20,000 nucleotides of DNA, from the IMG/VR virus record IMGVR_UViG_3300031974_001836. One strand, 5' to 3'. Of the stretch, positions 9,197 to 17,400 are shown piece by piece; the stretch's first letter is position 1, and each line of letters begins with the position of its first letter. The translations under genes were made by a program, and so were the position numbers. A model generated the notes under the pieces. That model saw only the letters and a list, made by a program, of their open reading frames with translations. It made no database searches and was not told the DNA's origin. This DNA is from an uncultured virus (IMG/VR IMGVR_UViG_3300031974_001836) (taxonomy: Duplodnaviria > Heunggongvirae > Uroviricota > Caudoviricetes).

Positions 9197-9225
9197 ATTA
9201 TACCATAAGGATTGCTATTATGCAA
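9197..9225 (-). promoter_or_regulatory. Sigma70-like promoter TTGCAT-17 nt-TATAAT with extended -10 (TGG-TATAAT)
   Basis: -35 at 9225-9220, overlapping the last codons of the fibre gene. -10 at 9202-9197. Spacer is 17 nt. Confidence 0.6.
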
Positions 9226-12200
9226 CCCTCACATATAGTGTATAGGTATCAGTAACGTGTGTTAGTGTATCACTGATCGTTGCACCTACGTAGTTACCTA
9301 GGAACGATCTTGAGTAGTTACCCACGAAGTCACGAGCATAGTTGCCCTCAAATCCACGTGTGTAGTTACCAGTGAAATCACCTACGTATGTAGAAACACG
9401 GTCACGTGAGTATGCACCACTGTATGCAGACGTACGGATACGAGCATAAGCAGATACACGGACACGTGCATAGTTACCTACGAAGTCACGAGAGTAAGTA
9501 CCAGTGTACTCACCGACGAATCCACGTGCGTAGTTACCCACGAAGTCACCGACAAAGTCACGAGCATATGCACCCGTGTACTCACCAGTAAATGTACGTG
9601 CGTAGTTACCTACGAAGTCACCAGCAAATTCACGTGTGTACTGACCAGAGAACGTACGTGCATAGTTACCAGTAAAGGTGCGGTTATATGCACCAGTGTA
9701 TTCACCAACGAATCCACGTGAGTAGTTGCCTACGTAATCACCAGCAAACTGACGTGAGTAAGTGCCTGAGTATGCCCCAGTGTATTCACCAACGAATGTG
9801 CGGTTGTAAGCACCAGTGTACTGACCAGAGAATCCACGTGAGTAGTTACCGACGTAGTTTCCACCGAAGTCACGAGTGTAGTTACCTACGTAATCACCAG
9901 CAAAGTTACCGACGAAATCACCGATGAAGTTACCTGCGAAGTTACGTGAGTAGTTACCTGTGAAGTCACGAGCATAGTTACCAGCAAAGTCACCTGCAAA
10001 GTTAGTTACACGATCACGTGTGTATGCAGAAGAACGGTTGCGGACATATGCCGATACACGAGTACGTGCGTAAGCAGAGTAACGTGTGCGTGTTGATGTG
10101 CGAGTGTACTCACCAGTAAAGTTACCAGCAAAGTCACCAGCAAAACCACGTGCATAGTTACCTACGAAGTCACCAGCAAAACCACGAGAGTAGTTACCGA
10201 TGAAGTTACCAGCAAAGTTAGTTACTCGATCTCTAGTGAAGTCACCAACGTAGTTGGTTACACGAGTACGAGCATATGCTGAACTACGGCTTCTGGTTGA
10301 AGTACGTGTGCTGTTACGTGTGTATTCACCAATGAAGTTACCTGCGAAGTTTGTTACACGGTTACGTGTGAAGTCACCAACATAGTTAGTGATACGAGTA
10401 CGTGCATAAGCAGAGTAACGTACACGAGTTGAAGTACGGACACTGTTACGAGTGTAGTTGCCTACAAAGTTACCAGCAAAGTTTGTAACACGGTTACGAG
10501 TAAAGTCACCAACGTAGTTAGTGATGCGAGTACGTGCGTATGCTGAATAACGAGTACGGGTTGAAGTGCGAGTAGATGTACGTGCGTAGTTTCCTACGTA
10601 ATCACCTGTGTAGTAACCAGTACGTACGTAGTTTCCTACGAAGTCACCTGCATAGTAACCAGTACGTGTGTAGTAACCAGTGTTGGTTGACGTACGGGTT
10701 GACGTACGAGCATAGTTGCCTTCATAAGAAGCACCACGAGTACGTGCATAGTTACCTTCATAAGAAGCACCACGAGTACGTGAGTAGTCACCGACATATG
10801 ATGCGGCACGAGTACGTGTGTATGCTACTGTACCTACGTAATCACCAGCAAAGTTACCAACGTAGTTTCCGGTGTAGGATGCACCACGACTACGAGTGTA
10901 TGCTACGTTACGGGTATAGTTGGTTGCACGAGTACGTTGATAGTTTACGGTACCTACGTAATCACCAGCAAAGTTACCTACGTAATCACCAGTATAAGTT
11001 GCGGCACGGTTACGAGTATAGTTTTGTGACCACTCACCAATGAAGTCACCTGTGAAGTCACCTGCGTAGTTTGCAGTACCGACGAAGTTACCAGTATAAC
11101 TTGAAGTTCCTGTCCATGATAGACCATATCTCCATTCCGCACCATATGATACACGGAATGTACCTCTTGAATACCATACACCGTTCTTCTGTACAGAAGT
11201 TGTACCTGAAGTACCAGAAGCAAATCCAACATATACTCCGTCAGCATAGAGCATGATACCTTGCATCTCGTAGTCATATACCCACTGGGTGACGTTTGCA
11301 ACGTATACGTCAGTGTTGGTCTGAGTGCCAGTAGAGGTACGTGTTGACGTAACTGAACGAGAATAGTTGACAATTGAGTTACGAGTCGAGTTAGTAGCAC
11401 CACCACGTGAGTAGTCACCTGTATAGGATGCCGCACGACTACGAGTGTAGTTAGTTGCACGAGTACGAGTAAAGTTGGTCTGACGTGTGTAATCACCTAA
11501 GAAGTTACCAGTGTATCCTACTGTACGAGAGTAGTTACCAGTATAGGTGGCTGCACGTGTACGAGTATAATCTGTTGCACGAGTACGAGTAAAGTTGGTC
11601 TGACGTGTGTAGTTACCGACATACGATGCCGCACGAGTACGTGCATAGTTACCGACATACGATGCCGCACGGTTACGTGCATAGTTACCAACATACGATG
11701 CGGCACGAGTACGTGCATAGTTACCTACGAAGTCACCTGCGTAGTATAAAGTACGAGTATATGCTAGTACACGAGTCGATGTACGTGTTGACGTACGAGT
11801 GTAATCTAGTACACGAGTCGACGTACGTACAGAGGTACGTGCGTAGTTGCCTACAAAGTCACCTGCGTAGTTGCCAGCAAACCCACGTGCGTAGTTACCA
11901 ACAAAATCTCCGGTAAACGTAGTAGCATAGTTGCCTACGAAATCACCAGCAAAGTTAGTTACACGATCACGGGTATAGTTACCAGTAAAGTCACCTGTAT
12001 AGTTTCCTGTGAATCCACGTGCGTAGTTACCTACGAAGTCACCAGTAAAGGTTGTCGCATAGTTACCTACGAAGTCTCCCGCAAAGTTAGTGACACGATC
12101 ACGAGCATAGTTACCAATGAAGTCACCAGCAAAGTTGCCAGCAAACGCACGTGCATAGTTACCAACAAAATCTCCAACGAAATCACGGGCATAGTTGCCA

Positions 12201-13933
12201 ATGAAGTTGCCAGCATAGTTGGTTACACGATCACGAGTATATGCTGAGTAACGAGTACGTGTTGACGTACGAGCATAAGCACTGTAACGAGTACGAGTAG
12301 ATGTACGTGTTGATACACGAGCATAGTTACCGACATAGTTGCCAGCAAACCCACGTGAGTAGTTGCCTACAAAGTTACGTGCATAGTTACCTTGGAAACT
12401 GCGTGAGTAGTTACCAACGAAGTTACCAGCAAAGTTTGTAACACGGTTACGAGTATATGATGATACACGAACACGTGAGTAGATGCCAGCAAAGTTAGTG
12501 ACACGATCACGAGTGTAGTTAGTTACACGAGTGCGGACGTAGTTATCAGAATAAGCAGAAACACGAGTACGAGTGTAAGTGCCTGCGTATGCTGAAACAC
12601 GGTTACGTGAATAAGTACCTGCGTATGCAGAGACACGGTTACGTGAGTAAGTTCCTGCATAGGTACCAGTATAAGACGACACACGAGTACGAGTGTAGTT
12701 AGCAGAGTATGCAGAACTACGTGTACGTGAGTATGTGCCTGAGTAAGATGATACACGACCACGAGTGTACGAAGATGCACGGCTGCGTGAGAATGTACCA
12801 GTAAAGTTTGTTACACGGTTACGAGTGTATGTTGATACACGTGCTCGTGTATAAGTTCCAGCAAAGTATCCAGTGAATGCTGTTAGACGTGTACGTGAGT
12901 AAGTCGACGTACGAGTCCTTGAGTAAACACCTGAGTATGCAGAACCACGAGTACGAGAATAGTTACCCTCGAAACCACGTGTGTAGTTTCCTGTGAAGTC
13001 ACGTGAGTATGTGCCCGTGTAATCACCTACGAAAGTACGTGAGAAAGTATTGACACTATTACGTGTATATGAGGAAACACGATTTCTTGAGTAAGCAGAA
13101 ACACGAGTTGTTACATACGATGATGGGCGTGTGCGAGTATAACTCTGATCCACGATCGTACGACGTGTGTTTGTTGCTGAACCCTTTGCCATCCAAGTAC
13201 CTGCAGATGTAGGTACACCTTGTGTATCAGAACGTAATTGATACGAACCGATAGCACCAGCAGTGGCACGTAGAGTTTTTGCACGTTGACCAAGTGTGTA
13301 CTTGATCTGTGCGTCTGTCATTTCTTTAAATCCGTCGACAGAAGAACCATCATAGACAGTTGCAACTGGACGAACAACATCATAAGTAGTTGCACTTAAT
13401 GATGTCTTTTTCCAAATATGGTAGTTTACAGTAGTGCCGTCTCCATGAGTATCTGTAAATACATTCTCAATATGGATACTCCAATCTAAGCCTGGAGATG
13501 TTTGAGATAGACGGAAGGATCCTTGATATTCTAATCCCGCAACGTCTTTCATGACACGTTCTGTAAGTAGGTCTAAGTCCCCGTCGTTCATTTCATAGAA
13601 ACCAGGGTTAGGCCCCACGTCATAGTATCCTACTGGACGGGCAAAATCTGCACCGGACTCATCTGCTGATCCACCCACTTGCTTAAGAGCAGTAGTTGTT
13701 GTGGTACCAGTGATCTGAGATGCAGGGTGTGTCCCTGCTGGTTCGTTGTAGTACGTATCTACGAAGGAACCAATATTCACACTTCCGGTTAAACTGATAT
13801 TACCGATATCACTAGCAGTGGCCTCTGCTAATGCTTCTCCAACCTTAATGGCAAGATATGCTTCTTCTGCCGGTTGGAATTCCTGTAGGTCACCATCATT
13901 AATGATTTTTAGTGGTATACTAGATGCTGACAC
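9218..13933 (-). CDS. Giant Arg/Tyr/Gly/Thr tetrapeptide-repeat fibre protein with mirror-symmetric arms (1571 aa)
   Basis: GTG start with a GAGAG RBS and a late promoter upstream. Architecture is 264-aa base + 606-aa arm + 75-aa tip + 606-aa arm + 20-aa tail, which sums to 1571. Confidence 0.9.
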   Translation of the reverse strand: MSASSIPLKIINDGDLQEFQPAEEAYLAIKVGEALAEATASDIGNISLTGSVNIGSFVDTYYNEPAGTHPASQITGTTTTTALKQVGGSADESGADFARPVGYYDVGPNPGFYEMNDGDLDLLTERVMKDVAGLEYQGSFRLSQTSPGLDWSIHIENVFTDTHGDGTTVNYHIWKKTSLSATTYDVVRPVATVYDGSSVDGFKEMTDAQIKYTLGQRAKTLRATAGAIGSYQLRSDTQGVPTSAGTWMAKGSATNTRRTIVDQSYTRTRPSSYVTTRVSAYSRNRVSSYTRNSVNTFSRTFVGDYTGTYSRDFTGNYTRGFEGNYSRTRGSAYSGVYSRTRTSTYSRTRLTAFTGYFAGTYTRARVSTYTRNRVTNFTGTFSRSRASSYTRGRVSSYSGTYSRTRSSAYSANYTRTRVSSYTGTYAGTYSRNRVSAYAGTYSRNRVSAYAGTYTRTRVSAYSDNYVRTRVTNYTRDRVTNFAGIYSRVRVSSYTRNRVTNFAGNFVGNYSRSFQGNYARNFVGNYSRGFAGNYVGNYARVSTRTSTRTRYSAYARTSTRTRYSAYTRDRVTNYAGNFIGNYARDFVGDFVGNYARAFAGNFAGDFIGNYARDRVTNFAGDFVGNYATTFTGDFVGNYARGFTGNYTGDFTGNYTRDRVTNFAGDFVGNYATTFTGDFVGNYARGFAGNYAGDFVGNYARTSVRTSTRVLDYTRTSTRTSTRVLAYTRTLYYAGDFVGNYARTRAASYVGNYARNRAASYVGNYARTRAASYVGNYTRQTNFTRTRATDYTRTRAATYTGNYSRTVGYTGNFLGDYTRQTNFTRTRATNYTRSRAASYTGDYSRGGATNSTRNSIVNYSRSVTSTRTSTGTQTNTDVYVANVTQWVYDYEMQGIMLYADGVYVGFASGTSGTTSVQKNGVWYSRGTFRVSYGAEWRYGLSWTGTSSYTGNFVGTANYAGDFTGDFIGEWSQNYTRNRAATYTGDYVGNFAGDYVGTVNYQRTRATNYTRNVAYTRSRGASYTGNYVGNFAGDYVGTVAYTRTRAASYVGDYSRTRGASYEGNYARTRGASYEGNYARTSTRTSTNTGYYTRTGYYAGDFVGNYVRTGYYTGDYVGNYARTSTRTSTRTRYSAYARTRITNYVGDFTRNRVTNFAGNFVGNYTRNSVRTSTRVRYSAYARTRITNYVGDFTRNRVTNFAGNFIGEYTRNSTRTSTRSRSSAYARTRVTNYVGDFTRDRVTNFAGNFIGNYSRGFAGDFVGNYARGFAGDFAGNFTGEYTRTSTRTRYSAYARTRVSAYVRNRSSAYTRDRVTNFAGDFAGNYARDFTGNYSRNFAGNFIGDFVGNFAGDYVGNYTRDFGGNYVGNYSRGFSGQYTGAYNRTFVGEYTGAYSGTYSRQFAGDYVGNYSRGFVGEYTGAYNRTFTGNYARTFSGQYTREFAGDFVGNYARTFTGEYTGAYARDFVGDFVGNYARGFVGEYTGTYSRDFVGNYARVRVSAYARIRTSAYSGAYSRDRVSTYVGDFTGNYTRGFEGNYARDFVGNYSRSFLGNYVGATISDTLTHVTDTYTLYVRVA
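9281..11098 (-). repeat. Returning tetrapeptide-repeat arm (aa 946-1551)
   Basis: 148 tetrads plus 7 dipeptide skips, in mirror order to the outgoing arm. Confidence 0.9.
11324..13141 (-). repeat. Outgoing tetrapeptide-repeat arm (aa 265-870)
   Basis: 148 tetrads of types YxRx, F/YxGx, RxS/T/Ax and SxRx, plus 7 dipeptide skips. Confidence 0.9.
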
Positions 13934-13983
13934 GATATCGTCTCTCTTTTAAAAGTTAAAGTTTAGTGGTTAATGACGTAGAT

Positions 13984-13991
13984 TATTTATA
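13984..13991 (-). promoter_or_regulatory. T4-type late promoter TATAAATA
   Basis: Exact consensus, intergenic, about 50 nt upstream of the GTG at 13933. Confidence 0.85.
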
Positions 13992-14010
13992 CGAAATCAG
14001 ATCGTCACTT

Positions 14011-14490
14011 TTAACTTTTTTGAGGCCAGACCACTTCCTGTACAGAAGTAACACCATCTAGGTGGTCGGTGATATCTCTTAACTGCTGCCGGTAGTTTCT
14101 CCATGACTGCAACTCTTGCTCAGATAGAGGAGCATCAAGTGCTTGAGTCCAGTCACAAGCAGTGAGTAATTGGTCTCGAATCATACGAACATCTCTAACC
14201 AAATCTTCGTGGTTCCATGTCCAATCTAAAGACTCGAAGTTCCACGTTGCATGCTTGTTTGGTGGTAACCCTGTGAATTTAAAGGTTTTTGTTGATGCAT
14301 CAAACCAGTGATAATCCATGAAGTAGGACAAGTCACTGCATCCTGCAGGAAGACTATCCTCATGAACATAGATAATACGTTGAGAACCATCGGGAGTAAA
14401 CCCCTCTGAATCAATCTTCACTTGCGGAAGAGAGATCCTTTCTAGTCTTCCTGTCTGCGTATTAGCATATACAACATAGCATAATTTCAT
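14011..14490 (-). CDS. Phage tail (fibre) assembly chaperone
   Basis: C-terminal R..RD.LL..CDWTQ..D.PL......W..YRQ.LRDIT......V.WP signature. Lies directly after a fibre gene. Confidence 0.85.
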   Translation of the reverse strand: MKLCYVVYANTQTGRLERISLPQVKIDSEGFTPDGSQRIIYVHEDSLPAGCSDLSYFMDYHWFDASTKTFKFTGLPPNKHATWNFESLDWTWNHEDLVRDVRMIRDQLLTACDWTQALDAPLSEQELQSWRNYRQQLRDITDHLDGVTSVQEVVWPQKS

Positions 14491-14491
14491 T

Positions 14492-17400
14492 TTAACTTCT
14501 CGTTACTTGATAATAGGTCATAATAGGTCCACCAGAGTAGTCTGTCTCGATGTAATTTCCACGAGTATATGTGAATCCACCAGTTGTTATTGTAGTATCA
14601 TTTTCACTCTGACCTGATAGTGGTTCAGAAAAATACACTTCAGTCCCATTCCATCGAATCTGTATCGTCACAAGATCTTCACCTTCTGGACTAGGAACAA
14701 GTGATACTCTCCACCAAGTGCCAGAGTTAGACGTATCTGTCGTCTGAGGTGGTGGTTCTGAGTTGACATCTGACGAAGTAGGTGCTACCGAAACCGGAGT
14801 AGTTACCAAATAACTACCTGCTGTGATCCATTGACTACCATTGAACACTTTTATATCATAGGTATATGATGTCCCATTAGGTGGGATCTCATTTACCGTG
14901 AAGTTATTTAGACCACTTGTTACTGTAACATCTGTTAAAATGAGAGCATTATCACGATAAACTCTCAACGACACAGGAGTAGACCCCTCTGTCAAATGTG
15001 TTACTGACAGTTGATGTGTTGTGTCATTTTCCGGATGCACTATTCGATTAGAGGTTGTGGCAAAAATACCCGAATCATTATCATATAACGTGAACTCTTT
15101 CTCCGCAAGAACCTCAACGTTGCTACTACCCATTGGTTCGTTGATACTGGAAGTGTCATTCCCAGTACGTAACTGTGCCCTGAAGGTTTCTCCTTGCCAT
15201 CCCATTTCTCCAACACCGGCTGATACTGTACTGGTTCGTGTATAGTTGCCTATGAACTCACCCGTATAATACGTCTTGGCACCATCGGAGTATGAAGAGG
15301 TTCTAGTTCTTATAAAGTCTCTAGTTGAGGTTCTAGTAGAATTCCTTGTCGATGGTACATAATTCGCATAGTTCCCCAAGTAACTTGGTGTCCTCACATA
15401 ACTGCGTGAATCTGTAAAGTCACGTGTATAGTTACCTGTAAAGTTACCAGTGTACTCTCCAATAAAGGACAACACCCTACTGAAAGCAGTGACTCTTATA
15501 TCGGTTCGAGAACTAACACGTGTGTAGTAAGAGATCGGATATCTACTATATGAGTCTACAATGTTGCGACTATAATTACCTTCGTAGTTACCTTCATACG
15601 ATGGAGATCTGCTATACGTTCCTGTATAGTCACCTATGAAATCTCCAACAAATGATCTCTGATAGTTGCCCTCAAAATTACCACCGAAGTCTCGATTATA
15701 GTTTCCGGTGAATGTACCAGCATAGGAGAACACGGACTCTCGTACACGAGTTGACGTACGACTAGACGTTCGTTGATAGTTAACCGCATGATTCTCTACA
15801 CTACCTTCTATGATGACTTGTCGAGTAGACGCACCTACATAATCTCCCGTATAGATGCGAGTATAAATTCCAGTTCTCTCATAGTTACCCGTATACTGAC
15901 CAGCAAAGTTTCTGTTATAAGTTCCTGTGTATTCCGATACAAATCCTCTTTCATAATTGCCTAAGAAACCTGGTGTGTATGTGCTAACTCGGTTTTTAAG
16001 ATATGTGCTGTATCTGGTAACAACCCTTCCACTTGTCTTGGTTGATATTCGAGAGTTCTCTCCCACGAAATTACGTGTATAATATCCAAATATCTCGACC
16101 ATACCACCCGCATCGGGATCGAATATAAATCGACTAGAAACTTTTGTGACGTTGCCGACAAAGGATCGAGTGTAATTTCCAAAATAACTTCTACTATAGT
16201 CCCCATTATAAGCACGACCATAATTACCAATATAGGTAAGAGTACCTGTATATGAAGAGACTCTATTTCTAGTAGAACTACCTCCCACCGATCTAATCCG
16301 TTGATAGTTACCTATAAAGTCTCGGGTATAATTGCCTACAAAGTTTTGACTAGCAGTTGGTGTGCTTGTACTGGTGTTTTCTGCTATTTTATAATCTTCA
16401 ACAAATGTAGTGGCAGTTTGAAGTGTCCCTCTATGATAATATTTACCTCCTACAGGACCGACAATGGATGATACTCTTGCATCAGCCATACTATCGTATG
16501 CACTACTGGTGTAAACGAGTGTTCCATTGTAGTATAATTGAATAAAGTATTCGTACGTAATATCTCCTCTACCGTCACCAAATCCACCTTCTACGAATCG
16601 AGCAAGTCTCCATACGTATTGAGGATTACCATTAGTGATAGAATATAAGAACGGATCAGACCCACTACCACTGACTCTGGTTCGTTCGTAGGTAGAGGTT
16701 CTAGTTCTCTCGTAGTTGCCTTCGTACGAAGCATTTCCCGTAAAATTACCCACAAACGTACGAGAGTAAGTTGAGGTTCTTGAGTAGTTCCCCTCAAAGT
16801 TGCGAGAGTAATTACCGACAAACGTACGAGAGTATCCCCCTTCATATGACTCGACACGTGTACGTGTATAGTCTACCAGATTTGCGTACGAAGACGTTCT
16901 GGTTCGAGCAAACTCACCAGTATAAGTAATCGTTCTGGTGTAGTTACCTACGAAACCACGTTGATAGTTACCAACAAACGTTCGGGTGCTCTCTGTCCCA
17001 CCCCTAGTTCGAGTGTATGCGGAGATTCGAGTTCGAGCATAAGTTCCGTCGTATGTGGACAGTCTTGCTCTCGTTGAGATTCTTTGATACGGCACTTGTC
17101 GGGTAGATGTTATCGAGTATCGATAACGGCCATAATTTACCTGTGGAACGTAATCCCCTATGAAGTTGCCCAGAAAATTTCCAGTGTAGGTTAGAGTTCG
17201 AGTAAAGTCGAATGGTCTTTGTCTTTGATAAGACGATACTCGTGTTCGACTTGATACTCGATTATACGCAGAAAGTCTCGTGCGTGTAGACGTACGAGTA
17301 AATGTCTTCGACGTTGACAACTCTGGTATTCGAGTTCTAGTGTAATTACCAGCGTAGTTAGACGGACGGTTTCGTTGATACGTCTCGGTATATGTACCTG

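Noticed and set aside
10700..11720. 36-nt direct repeats resembling a CRISPR array
   Set aside because: The repeats are contiguous, in-frame coding units with no unique spacers, and there are no cas genes in the window.
9281..13141. A DNA-level inverted repeat as the cause of the protein mirror symmetry
   Set aside because: Spot checks showed that paired tetrads are not reverse complements (for example FVGN versus RVTN or STRT codons). Only short ACGT/GTAC palindromes from CGT codons were seen. A full dot-plot was not run.
9406..13293. His/Val/Tyr-rich short ORFs overlapping the repeat gene
   Set aside because: They are alternative-frame by-products of the tetrapeptide codon repeats, with no independent protein features.
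11099..16666. Diversity-generating retroelement template/variable repeat pair among the three tip-like domains
   Set aside because: Similarity is remote and protein-level only. There is no near-identical DNA pair differing at adenines and no reverse transcriptase in the window.
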